From Macrostomum lignano (Eukaryota), in NCBI GenBank assembly GCA_002269645.1, contig NIVC01000095.1, positions 186,001 to 250,000 on the forward strand: a stretch of 64,000 bases of DNA, read 5' to 3'. The translations under genes and the position numbers were made by a program. This document shows, piece after piece, positions 23,882 through 36,840 of this stretch (position 1 is its first letter; each line of letters starts with the position of its first letter). The notes under the pieces were generated by a model, which worked only from the letters and a program-made list of their open reading frames with translations, was not told the origin of the DNA and ran no database searches.

Positions 23882-25028
23882 TTCGTGTCCAGAATGAGCT
23901 TGAATAGAATTTGTTTTTTGTTGAGTGATAGTATTTAGTTGAATTACCTAAGTTGTGATGTGTATATCACCTTTTTTCAATATACAAAACTTGACACCAA
24001 AAAGAGAAAAGAATAAAAAGGCAATAAAGCTGGAAAATAAATCCTAAGACACCGATATTTGTGACACAAATATTTTTGTTCCAAGGAATAGGTGTGAACT
24101 CTTGAATGTCTTCTGTACTCACTAAACAATAATGAATTAATATTGGAATAATTAGATCGAGGCGTTATTATCGAGGAGCAGCCTAAAATAAAATAAAAAA
24201 GGGCCAATTAACTGCAAAAACTCATGAATTTGCTTTGAATTCACTGTGCAACAGCGATTTTTCGGGACTGTTATGAGCTGATGGACGGATGGCCAGAGCC
24301 ATGCTTCTGCTCTAGAACGCGTGTGACTGATTGTTTTAAAAAATCAGATAAATATTTACTAAAAGTTGGATCTAGGCTAGGTTTGATTTCACTACATTGA
24401 TGTTTTTTATGGTAGTATCTACTGTTTAAGCTTGTTGTATTGTTTGTATAGTAGACAACTAAACCAGAAGTAAATGCTCCCATCATCCCGTTAGCAGTAC
24501 ACTTCGATAATTTATAGTTAATGGACTCATAGAGTCATAGTGTAACGGTAATCTTGATTGTAAGGAAAAAACAAACAGTTGCTGATTTTTCGATACGATC
24601 ACAATCACGCATTCTTCAAAAGCAAATATAATCACGCACGCGTCAGGCGAAAAAATTGCAAAGATGTCTTCTTTAAATTTGTACATGGGTCCTATATACT
24701 CAAAGATACAGTAACTTTTTTCTTAAAAAGTAATCAATAAACTAAGAACAATAAAAACGAATATCAGAAGTAATTAATTTTGAAGTCTGTGCAAATTTTA
24801 TGATTATATGCGTTGAAATTGTTATACTACTCATTGTAGCAAAAATTTAAAATAAAGGAAGAAATATTTGTTGTCTATAACATCATCAATCAATCATCAT
24901 CTCCTTTAACATTGAGAGCGTTGCGACTTGCTAGAATCAACATTATTGATCTCTGGATTGATTGCGCTTTAACAAGCGGAAATTTGTGCATAAATTCATA
25001 ATCCTATTATTTAAAATTTTGTCCTGCA

Positions 25029-28000
25029 ATGGCTTCTTTTACTGAATGGCTGAATTCTGGTTCTTATTCTCGCGATGATCTTGTTCATATTGCAAAGTTA
25101 GCTGAACAAGCTGAAAGGTACGATGACATGGCAGAAGCTATGAAGTCCGTTACCGAGAAGGGCCAAGAGCTTGGCAACGAAGAACGAAACCTTCTCTCCG
25201 TTGCTTACAAAAATGTCGTTGGAGCTCGTCGTTCATCCTGGAGAGTAATTTCCAGCATTGAAAGCAAGAGTGAGAGTGCAAATGACAAGTCCAACGCCAA
25301 ACTTGCCATGGGAAAAGAATATCGTCTTAAAATTGAGAGCGAGCTTCAGAAGATCTGCAAGGAAGTTCTGGTAGGTCAATTTTTTAATTTTTAGGGGCAT
25401 TTTAATTAAATTAATCAATGATAATGTTGATAGTGAATAGTGATAGGCCTACTGATAGGCAGCATTGGGCACCAGTCTGTTAATAAGCATTAATCCATTA
25501 ATAAGTGTTAAGATTTTTCATTAATGTTAACAGACCTTTAATGGACTGCCATTAAGATTTTTTGAAGTTGGGCCTTATAGATAACAAATTTGTGTTAAAA
25601 TTTTATTGAGTTAGGCCTAGGCCTAACCGCCTAATGACAAATTCATTGTTAGGCCTAACATTAATGGCAATGTCAATGACCAAAGATGCAAAGAAAGAAC
25701 AAAAATATAAGTCTAAAGAGAAGTTACAACATTATGAATGTATTTGAATTTGCCTTATATATGTGCAACTGCTAGCCAACTTGGCCATTGTAAATTGTGG
25801 TAGACCAGGGATAAGTTGCAAAAATTCCCACCCCAAAGAATACAGATGTAGTACTAATTAGATGACAAGGCATTTAGCCCTTTATAATAAGGTTATAGGT
25901 ACTCCTGCTGTTTATCAAAAATTGTGTTAATTTGCTTCAAAAACCAGCACGAAGACTGTCGACAAGGAAATTCTTATCCGGATCTCCACAAAGACGCTCC
26001 TCCCAGACAGCCACAATGAGGTCGCCGCACCGACAGGGATCGACCGGAGGACAGTCGTTAGCTAGCCAGTAGGCAGGGTCGATGACGGAGGCCGACAAGC
26101 AGGCAGGTTTGGTAGCATCGGAGCCAGGCAGGCAGGCAGGTTGAGTGACGTTGGAGGCAGTCAGGCAGGCAGGTTGAGCGACGTCGGAGGCAGTCAGGCA
26201 GGCAGGTTGAGCGACGTCGGAGGCAGGCAGGCAGGCAGGTTGAGCGATGTCGGAGGCAGGCAGGCAGGCAGGTTGAGCGACGTCGGAGGCAGGCAGGCAG
26301 GCAGGTTGAGCGACCTCGGAGGCAGGCAGGCAGGCAGGTTGAACGACGTCGGAGGCAGGCAGGCAGGCAGGTTGGGCGATGTCGCGTGCAGGCAGGAAGT
26401 TAAAAGAGAAGGCGTCGCAGGCGATGGAATCTGCATGCGACGCTTCTCTCAGTTTTTTGCTTGATTAGCACGGTTGGTGTGGCTAGCAGCAGCATGTGAG
26501 CCACCACAAATCCGACAGCAGTGCAGATAGTTGCAGGTGTCTCTCTGACATCCGGTAGCGCTGTTAAACAGTCCACAGACCGCTTGGCCTCGCGAAGCAA
26601 ATTGTTGGCGGCCTCGCAAAGCAAATTGTTGGCGGCCTCCGCGGCCAGTCTGGCTGGCTTGCCAACTATGAAGGTTCTTTGGGGCCATAAGGTGCTTACA
26701 AATCAGAGACAAAGGCGGCTGGGACCACTTGGAGGCGTTCGCATGCTGGAACTTACGCAGGTCGTCATCATAACGAAGAAGGACTTGCCAGTCGTACCCC
26801 CCATCAAGCAAATCGCCGATGTGGATAACGTGCTGCAAGTAGTCCAAGAGACTTTTTGGCTCACTATCGGTGTCGTGAGACGCTAGCTGTCCGGATTGCA
26901 GCATGGCATACATGATTTTAGCATTGGCAGAAATCCATTGGCCAACTGTCACAGAGTCTACGAGCGTACAGATTTTGGTCTACTGCTCTTGAGATTCTGC
27001 TTGGCTGTCTCACCCTGCACAAGAAGCTCGTCAGCCTGGCCAGGGGCATCAATGAAGTCGCAAATACAGAGCAGCCACCCGGATGTAACTCTAGCGTTGC
27101 TTGGAGCAAAAATAGCAGCATCAAGTTCACTATCATTCGACCACCTATCAGACTCAGCGCAAGCAGACTGGCTCAAAAATTCTGGTAGCTTACCGCAATT
27201 ATCTGGTGCCTTATCCACTGACCGTCGCAGCTCCGCCTCTTCTTTCTGCAGCCTTAGCAGTTCAATGCGCCGTCGGGTGAGCTCGATCTCCTCATCCAGA
27301 GCCGCGCCACCCAAAGAGGTGCCACCCCCCTTGGACCGCCGGCTGCTCCCTCCATCGGACGAGCCGTCAGAATCCCTCGGTGGCTCCCTGTGGGAAGTCC
27401 TGTTTGGGGTGTCAGCAGCTAGACGCTTGTTGGGAATCGCGTCGCACAGACGAGTACGTAGGGCAGCCTTGCTACCTTTTGTTGGTAATTTGCGCGCTTG
27501 CAATGCCGTCTTTAGTTGAGGCATGCTCAGATCGGTGACTGATTGCAGCTGACTAGAGGTGGCCATATTGATTGTAGCTGAGAAAAAAATCTGAGCAAAC
27601 ACGAACGCATGGCAAACAAGCGAAGGACCAGACTAAATAGAAATCAAGCTAGCACCCCCGCGACCCCCCGCCCCCCGCAGCACACGCCACCCCACACGCA
27701 CCCGCCCCAGCCAAGCGAGCCCCTCCCCCTGCAGTTTAAACGCCCTTACCACCAACACAGTGGCAAGGGTAACATAATTTGCTTCAGGGTTTCTTTCATA
27801 GGTAAGTTGCATTTTTGGTCAAAAAGTAAGTTGCATGGCCAGTGTAAATCAGGGGGTTGTACATGTATGATTTGCCTAAATAAATAAATGCCTAATTAAT
27901 CTCTTTGTTTATAATAATGATCATGACTAGGTAAATCCTAGTTCTATTATAGTAAGCCAGAGTCCAAGATGCAAAGTAGTGTATAGAAGGCATTCAAGAG

Positions 28001-31000
28001 TTATGAGCAATTTAGTGCAGTTCTCTAGGGTATAACTTATAGAAACTTTTAACAGGTAGTGGTAAAAACAAAGCATGACAACATCCTCAATCCACTAATA
28101 AACCGTGCTTTTGCTCACTACATGCTATCTATGGATGATGGATGTGTTATAGTTTACTTAAAATCTCCAATCCATTAAGTCCAAGGCTCCATAGAGTAAA
28201 AATGACACGGTGCTGCCCCTCTTTTGAGTGGATATTTGACATGTTGGTACAAACTTGGTTGCTTCAGAAGCGCAAGCTGACAAGATGTCTGGTTGAGCTG
28301 TGCTATCCATATAAAGCTTAGCATTGCCTGGCTTTGATAATTATGCTACATATATTCATAGTTTTGGTATTCAGCCCATAGGCATGTGTTACCATATCTG
28401 TTGGCATCTTCACATAAACATGGTGTGTCAAAAGTATAAAGTGAAGCTTAAAACCTAGGCAAAGACATTTTTTGTAAGTTATAACCTTGGGAACTGCACT
28501 AAATTGCTCATAACTTTTAAATGCCAGTAGATATTAACATAATTCAAAATGTATTGCATAGATAGATAAAGCCGCTTTCATGAAATGTCAATGCCATTTA
28601 TATATCTGACTCTAGGTATGAACTACATTGAAAATTCCTACTACTTTTTGGACACCCCTTGTAGATAACATTGGAGATGGCAGTTGCAATATCCTTGAAA
28701 GACTTCAGGCTATAGATAATAGCATCAATAAGATCCTAGTCTGTTTGATTAAGTGCTACTAGCAAGTAATATCTAGCACTGTTTCTAGCACATTTAGACA
28801 ACAAGATTCTGGTTGCAAAACAACTCAAGCATGGCAAGCTAGGAGTCCCAGCATGTCTACAAATCTTAAATGAGGGACTTCATTGACTTAGCACCAAGTT
28901 CAATGCAGAGCTCTGGCCACTCTTGATGAGCCTTTAGAGAAGTAAAAAAAGTGATACACAATTAAACAACATTTGCCAATTGCATCTTTAATGGAACGCT
29001 AAGCAGGTGATGTCTTAGCATCATCTAGAAAACTGTCCTGGATGCAGTTTTGCAATTTGTGAATGACACAAGACTGCCTTGGAACTTCCAGTTCCTGAAG
29101 AGCTATTCACATTTATGATCACTTATCTGTTGTGATGGTGACAATCTTCTGGCATACATTGAACTGGTCAATGGCTTCATTAAGGGCCTTAGCAATGTTT
29201 ACACTAGTTGATACTCTTTCAATAGGTGCATTGCATAGCAACACTACACTCTGAATTGAGAAGTTGATCATAAAGTAAGCAATTAAACTAACTACTGACC
29301 ATTTTCTCTTCATGGACATCTATTCAGCACTTGTACTGGCAATGTATTTAGCCTCATCAAGTGGCTCTTGTGTACATGCTGACAGACTTTGCAGTAGATG
29401 TCCAGGATAACTTTTTCAGCAAAAAAAATTTGGCCAGGCACTCTGTATTTTGGCAAAGCTTTTGCCATAAGCTGCAGAAAGCCAGGGTGTTCCACGACTA
29501 AGAAAGGCTAAAAATTGATTGCAATCATCCTCATTAAAGGCATTTAAGTTTGAATTTTATTAAAGTTAAGAAGAATCAAATTAGAAAGCATATTCAAAAT
29601 AAGTAGTATATAAAATAATTAAAAGAAATACAATATGACAAACCAATAGTGCATGTCAATTCTTGTGTCTTTGTGTCATCATCTGACCATTTCTGCTGTC
29701 AAACAGAAAACTCTTCTAGTGTTGGCTGCAACTTGCATTCCTGCATGCGGGTGCTATCAGCTTCTTCCAATTGCCACTTGCAATTAGTGTCTTTGGTTTG
29801 CAGATGCACAGCACAGACTCCAGACCACTGTGATGATTCTTAAGATAAAGGATCATGCCACTATTTAAGGGCTTTCTTGGGATCTTGGCCTTATGATGCA
29901 ATCTTATTGCTGTTGTTTAAATTTACCATTGTTTAAATTGGAGATCTATAAGGATCAATTTCATTAAGACTAGGTCTTTAGCCAATTATTAAAACCTGAT
30001 GAGTTCAGCCAATGGGCTTCCTGGATGAGTGCAAATTTAAATGCCCAACTTTGTTCACCCTATAGACATCCATAAACCCATTGGCCTATTACACTCACTA
30101 TTGAATGTTTGAGGCAGCTTAGCTATTAGTGCGTTGCCTAATGTGTGAACAATGCAGTCTTGCCATATGTATGTTGTAATTAGCTTTCCTAATTTCAATC
30201 CACCCTAGTCATGCTGTAGGTGATCAAGATTATTAGAAAATAATGACACGCATGCAAGTACAGTCTAACAAAATGGGGGATGGAAATCTGAATTTTCCTA
30301 ACACTAACTTTTTGTTTAACATAAATAAAAATTTGAAATGATTCTTAATGAAAAGTGCCAAAATTCAAAACCAAAATCAAAATTATTTCCATTCAAAATA
30401 AGGCTCAAATATCGACTTCAAAATTTAATTTCAATCCATCACTAGCTCCATGTTTATTTAGTGAACTCAGCTCCATATGACCTTAACATTTAATAAACTG
30501 AGCTCCTTGTGACCTTATTCAATAGTTTAAAGCCAGTGTACGAGTTATCAGTGTACAAGCTATCATATTATTCAATAAATTGCCATATGGTCTTAGTTTG
30601 CTGTAAACCTCAACCTCCCTTGTATCCAGTTTGTTACCTGGTCTTAAGTCTTCTTGTTGACTATTGAGGCTCGCCTTTCCTGAAGCTAATAAAGTAATTA
30701 TTTACCAAGTCCTTTTATTATTGATTGCTCCAGCGCGAAGTCATCCATCAGATCTAGTTACTTTCTGTTACTTTCATTAATTTTTAACTCAACCAACCGC
30801 CGCCAGACCCTGCTTGACGACTTTCTCATTGCCAACGCGTCCAATCCCGAGTCCAAGGTGTTCTACTACAAGATGAAGGGCGACTATTTTCGCTACCTAG
30901 CCGAGGTGGCCTCCGGGGTTGAACGAGACGCGGTTGTTGACAGCTCTGAGCAGGCTTACAAAGCCGCCACTGGCTACGCTGAGAGCGAGCTGGCCACTAC

Positions 31001-31396
31001 TCATCCAATTCGACTCGGCCTGGCTCTCAATTATTCCGTGTTCTTCTACGAGATTCGTAATTCGCCAACAACTGCTTGCGCGCTGGCTAAAAAGGTTGGT
31101 TTGTTTACCTTTGTTTACCTGTTGGCTTCTGGGCTTTTTTAATCAGCTGATTCTTAATCTGGTTGTTACTTTTGTTTTAATTTTACTGCTACTGCAAGGC
31201 ATTCGACGACGCTATCGCTGCCCTGGACGAGCTTGCCGAGGACTCGTACAAAGACTCGACTCTTATTATGCAGCTGCTTCGCGACAATCTCACTGTGAGT
31301 GGCGATTGTATTATAATTCTAGATTGATGGACAGGTCGATTGATTGGTAGGCAGACAGACAGACAGACAGACAGACAGACACTAAGACAGACACTA

Positions 31397-31449
<53 letters not shown>

Positions 31450-31474
31450 CACAGACAGACAGACAGACAGACAC

Positions 31475-31507
<33 letters not shown>

Positions 31508-32105
31508 TAGACAGACAGACAGACAAACAGATAGACAGACTGACTGACTGACTGACAGACAGACACACAGGCAGGCAGGCAGGCAGAAGGAGGGCAGAAG
31601 CAGAAGCAGAAAATAATTGCTGCAGGATGCTGGCATTGGACAAAGCTTATCAGTTGCTAGACGGGCCGTAGCCCAGTAGCCTAGCGCAGGCTCTGGTGTG
31701 CCAGCGGCCCAGGCTCGATTCCAAGTGCAGTCATATTAATTTGGGGCTAAATTAGAATCTCGGCTTGACTCTGCACGTGCAGTTAACGTCCTTGTGGGCC
31801 AACCCCCAAGGCACAGTGAAGTGTACATGCCTAACGATAAATAAAGTTAGGGCCGCTGTACACTCCTGTGTGAGTGTGCCTGTGCGTATGACTGCGTGCT
31901 TGTGTGCCTGCTCAGGGGAGTCAGCGAATGGGCAGTAATGCCTCTCGCCTTTTGTGTGACAATGTCGCTTAAAGTGCGCCAGGGTGCACGCTCGTCATGT
32001 TGCCCGTATGTCATAAAAACTTTCAAACTTCAGCTATGGACGTCGGAGTCGGAACAGGCTGCTGAGTCTGGCGAGCAGGGAGAGCCTGAGAAGGATAAAA
32101 ACTGA
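25029..32105 (+). CDS. 14-3-3: 14-3-3 protein
   Basis: Exons 25029-25370, 30807-31094, 31199-31294 and 32034-32105 (265 aa, all phase 0). Signatures [81 protein letters not shown]. Confidence 0.98.
26125..26395. repeat. 33-bp minisatellite inside the DIRS-like element
   Basis: About 8 copies of gcaggttgagcgacgtcggaggcaggcaggcag. Confidence 0.9.
26449..27566 (-). CDS. Gag-like ORF1: SAP domain, coiled coil, YDxxxR domain, CCHC/CCCH-type zinc finger (one-base frameshift near 26960)
   Basis: SAP-like [29 protein letters not shown]; [34 protein letters not shown]; [29 protein letters not shown]. Confidence 0.7.
28790..29950 (-). pseudogene. Decayed hAT (Ac/ZBED1-like) transposase
   Basis: Broken frames carry: a BED-finger-like piece (..[12 protein letters not shown]), [56 protein letters not shown], and DL*TCWDS*LAML (like DVxTRWNSxxxML). 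Many stop codons. Confidence 0.75.
31350..31580. repeat. (GACA)n microsatellite in 14-3-3 intron 3
   Basis: Tetranucleotide run. Confidence 0.97.
31663..32028 (+). mobile_element. tRNA-derived SINE in 14-3-3 intron 3
   Basis: tRNA-like head gggccgtagcccagtagcctagcg (A-box-like) ... ggctcgattcc (B-box-like). Body includes cggcttgactctgc; ends in an aaaactttcaaactt-type tail. Confidence 0.65.
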
Positions 32106-35100
32106 GAGAGTTTGAACTGAACTGAAACTCATAACGGACTTTATGTTAAAAACTGGACAAATATTAAAAAGTGATTATTTAATTGAAAAGTGTTGTGCAA
32201 TCGTGAGTTTGTGTCTGTGCTTGTTTCTAAAATGCATTATTATTATTATTTTGTGAAGTTGGCTCCGTATTCTAATATCCGGACAATTACTTAAATTAAA
32301 GCTTTCGTGCTCGGTTTTTTGTTATTGTTTTACTAATATTTATTTTTTCTATTTAATACCTGACTATCATAACTCTCACGTATTATATGTTTATAAAAAT
32401 TGCCGTATCGTACGCACTACACAATTTTAATGTTCCTAATTAGTTCTTTGCTTTTGGTATTTATTTATTTATTTATTTATTAAATATTTTAGACTACTTT
32501 TCTGTTAAGTTAATTTATGTTTACGCAAGTCGCATGACTACACTCAGCTTTTTTTTGCCGGTTTGGTATTTGGTATTTATTTAACCATATACTATCGAAC
32601 ATATGGAAATCCTGCACTTTGCATTCACTGTGTGTAGTCTTTTTTACTCACTAAACTGTCAACATCAATATTTCTGTGTTAATTTTCTACAACCAATTTT
32701 CAAATTCTAACAAATACAACGGGATCAACTAATTCAGCCGTGTGTTACCAATAGCTAGCCGACATAGCAGCCCATCGCTTTTAATTATTAAACTACAAGT
32801 GTTCTTTTTTAACACACTTTTTACACTTCCTGATGCATGCATCAGGAATTTACGTTTCCTGATGCATGCAATAAGCTGTTTGATTAATTGATAATACGCT
32901 CGTAATTCTCGGTATTGCATTTCAAATCGGCTTAGGTGATGTTGACATCTATTAGTAGTGGTTCTCATATACATGTACTAAAATGTATTGCTAAAAGTAA
33001 ACAGACGGAGACTATAGTTTACATGATGTACACAGATTTTCAGTATGTCCCGAATCCGACATTAAGTTATGTGGATGACAAGAAACTGTTAAGAAGATAC
33101 ACAGATCGGTGGTTTTCAAAATTGCACTAGTTATTCGTCCGCTACGGGGAAAAAACTTCGCTTTATTTGTCCGGCTCCGAGCTCATGTAACAACGAACAT
33201 TGCCAGAAAGTCCACCTAGACGCTTATAGACTTAACCATAGGGTTATAATTTTTGTAGCATTCTTTATTTTGGTGTAAACTGTGTGACTGACGCGCTATT
33301 ATTTTGCACTTTTTTCGCTAATAGATTAAAATGTTCACTTTACTGAAAATTGGAAAAAATCTAAACAATAACTTGCATGTATAAAGAACGTTTGGCTTAT
33401 CGACGCGAATATAGACTTTAATTACTTCAGATTAGACTAAATAAACTTAAGAAAAAACCTCATATACATAGAAAAAAGTTTTGCTTCAATAGCTAGTTGA
33501 AAATTCACGTGAGGACTGAGGAGATGTTCAAAGTGTAGGATATACTTCAAAACGCTTGAGTATTGAGTTCATTTTTTCCAACAGGCGGACGGGTGTCTTC
33601 AAGGCAAAATAGGTGCACCGCAAATATTTTTTAACAGTATTAATTTCGTCAGAGTTTTTTTACATTTTTTGAGCAAAAGTTTTGCTTGATGATACCTTTT
33701 TTATTTTACTTTTAAGATTTGTTTTAACTCTATAATTTAGACAGAATTTACTTTTAACTTTCGACCGTTTTTTATTTTTTTTTCTATTATTCAAAAATCA
33801 ACTTTGTATTATGTGACTGGTACGTACGATAAACATAATAAATAAATAGTGATAAATCAGCGCCTCAGTCGTATTAGTAGTATTGAATTTCATGGTTTTA
33901 AAAGAAGTAAATCTTGAAATAAAATTTAAGGCTAAGGTATGACTGGCAGGCTAGGCTACTGGCTAGGTTTTTGCAAAATTCTTTTTTTTGACAACTCGAC
34001 TCCCGAGTCGAAAGACACAAAGGGCTCGATACATCTTACATTTCTAATGTCTTACAAGTCACTTTATTTTCTAGGCAGAGTGAAGTTTTTACCTTAGTTT
34101 TAGTGTGCATCAGATATGTATTTTTGAGTTGCAATTCAGCAGCATTTCATTTAGGAAATTAGGCCTAGGCTTACCTTACCTATCATGACCTAAACTAAAA
34201 AATACTAGGGGGGGCCTAACTAGGCCCCTAACCCAAAGTGTCAAGCAGATTTTAGCCTTTTAGGTAGCCTTAGGCTTAGGCCTTGTACTTTAGTCTTTAG
34301 TAGTTTTTATAGATCATTTTAATAAACAAATAAGGGTTTATCTACAAAATAGACTTAGGACTAGGTGAATATCTGGCCTATATATTTTAAAATTAAACAC
34401 AAAAATGTATTGTAAGTTGTAGGCCTATCTATTAAATTAAGAAATATTTTTTGCTTATAAAGATTAGGCCCTAAATGAATTAAAAGTAAATTTGGAATGC
34501 AATTTTTTATCCTATATATGCCTTCTGGTAATAATCAACTAAAGAATAAATTATATAGCCCATATTGCAGAAGGGGGGGTGTATGCTGGAATTTTCCAGC
34601 CTACACTTGAGTTCTGTGGCATACACCAGTGTACATTTCTTCCTCTTGGCTGTGTATAGTGTAAGTGTAGTGTACAGTGTAGCATACATGATTAGCATAC
34701 AAATTAAAGAAATTTTTTATGCATTTTTCTCTGTTAAGTTATTTCAAAAACCATTTTTCTGCTACTATTTTCTCATTTACTAATCATTTTAATTATTGGA
34801 ATCATCATGACAATTGTCATTTTATTATCAATTTTTTGTAATTTAAATTTAAATTTAAATTTTCATTGATTTTTTACCATTAAACCGTTTATAATTATAA
34901 TACACTGTTCTGATTCTGACTTCTGGTTATATTTAGTTTCTGTTTTGTTTTTTTGGCGCACATTAGTTGGCGTACATTTAAAATTTGTTGGCGTATAATT
35001 AAAAATTCAATGAAAATGTGTCCGCCATACATAGAAAACCTTCTGCAATATGGTATATAGCTTATTATAGTTATAGCCAATTAGAAAACCATGCTATAAT

Positions 35101-35554
35101 AAACCCTAGGCCTAGACTAGGCCTATTTTGTGCATTGTCAACCTTGTTACTATAGCCTAACCTTGTTAGGAGTCAAATAAAGAGTCAGGTAGGAGTCAAA
35201 TAAGATCTTGATCTTGATCATTAAGATCTTTGCACTTTTTAAACCTTAATCTTGGTTATGAGATCTTAAAAAGTTCAAGATTTGTTACTATGTGACTATT
35301 GATAACTATGATGTTATCATATTTAAATTTGATAGTATACAAAGTTAGTTACTAGCTCAATATTATATCTACTATACTAAAAGACTGTTTTTCCTTTTAT
35401 TTTCATCATTATATTATACTCTAGATTGTCTAGAAAGTATACATCATGCTAGACAATTCTGGCATACATCTGCCAAGAAATGATATGCATTTTGGTTTGG
35501 CCAAAAATGGATATATCAATTTGCATTTAGGTATATAGCATAATGGGGAGTATA

Positions 35555-36840
35555 ACATTTACTTGCGGGAAGTTTGCTTACCGAACTTTGCTTGCAGGAA
35601 TTTTGCTTGCCGAACTTTGCTTGCCGAACTTTGCTTGCGGAATTTTGCTTGCCGAAGTTTGCTTGCCGAAGTTTGCTTGCAGGAATTTTGCTTGCCGAAG
35701 TTTGCTTGCCGAGCTTTGCTTGTCGAAGTTTGCTTGCCGAACTTTGCTTGCGGAATTTTGCTTGCCAAAGTTTTCTTGCTAAAGTTTGCTTGCGGAATTT
35801 TGCTTGCCGAGGTTTGCTTGCCAAACTTTGCTTGTGGAATTTTGCTTGCCGAACTTTGCTTGCCAAACTTTGCTTGCCGAATTTTGCCTGCCAAAGTCTG
35901 CTTGCCGAAGTTTGCTTGTGGAATTTTGCTTGCCAAAGTCTGCTTGCCAAACTTTGCTTGCAAGAAATTTGCTTGCAGGAATTTTGCTTGCGAGGTTTGC
36001 TTGCTGAAGTTTGCTTGCGGAATTTTGCTTGCGGAATTTTGCTTGCCAAAGTTTGCTTGCAGAATTTTAATGTCTGCTTCCTAAAAATTTGCAATAACAA
36101 TTGCAAGGTTTTAACTTGCCAGATTATTTTCTTGTTTGCTTGCTTGTTTGCTGGCTTGTGAAGTTGGTAAGTCAATTATTACATACTACAGTTGCTTTGC
36201 AAGTGGATTCTTATCAGCGTCGACATAAACTGACTTGATACTAAGCTTTCAAACTAGGTGTATAGAGTTTCATTCTAAGAATTAGTACAATATATACGAC
36301 TCGTATAATGATTAGAGATTCAATATAGGTAGTTAGGGATCAGTAATAGTAAAACTGTTACTGCAAGCAAAATTCGGCAAGCAAAGTTTGGCAGGCAAAA
36401 TTCCGCAAGCAAACTTCGGCAAGCTTATGTGCAGCAAGCAAATTTCCTGCAAGCAAAAGTCAGCAAGCAAACTTCGGCAAGCAAACTTCGACAAGCAAAG
36501 CTCGGCAAGCAAACTTCGGCAAGCAAAATTCCGCAAGCAAAGCTTGGCAAGCAAACTTTGGCAAGCAAAATTCCACAAGCAAATTTTGGCAAGCAAACCT
36601 CGGCAAGCAAAATTCCACAAGCAAACTTCAGCAAGCAAACTTCGGCAAGCAAAATTCCGCAAGCAAAGTTCGGCAAGCAAACCTCGGCAAGCAAAATTCC
36701 TGCAAGCAAACTTTGGCAAGCAAACTTCGGCAAGCAAAATTCCGCAAGCAAACTTCAGGAAGCAAACTTTGGCAAGCAAAATTCCACAAGCAAAAGTCCT
36801 GCAAGCAAACTTCGGCAAGCAAACTTCTCGCAAGCAAATT
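35555..36840. mobile_element. Foldback-like element: two inverted arrays of gcaagcaaa-core repeats
   Basis: Left array 35555-36062 (ttgcttgccgaagtttg / gcttgcggaattt) is the reverse complement of right array 36360-36838 (gcaagcaaacttcg / gcaagcaaaattcc). Unique loop ~300 bp. Confidence 0.85.

Larger units (their letters stand above)
25935..27760 (-). mobile_element. Truncated DIRS/Ngaro-type tyrosine-recombinase retrotransposon in 14-3-3 intron 1
   Basis: Gag-like ORF1 (27566-26449), then the start of an RT-type ORF (..[27 protein letters not shown], ~26040-25940) that stops abruptly. No RT core, RNase H or YR. Boundaries approximate. Confidence 0.7.
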
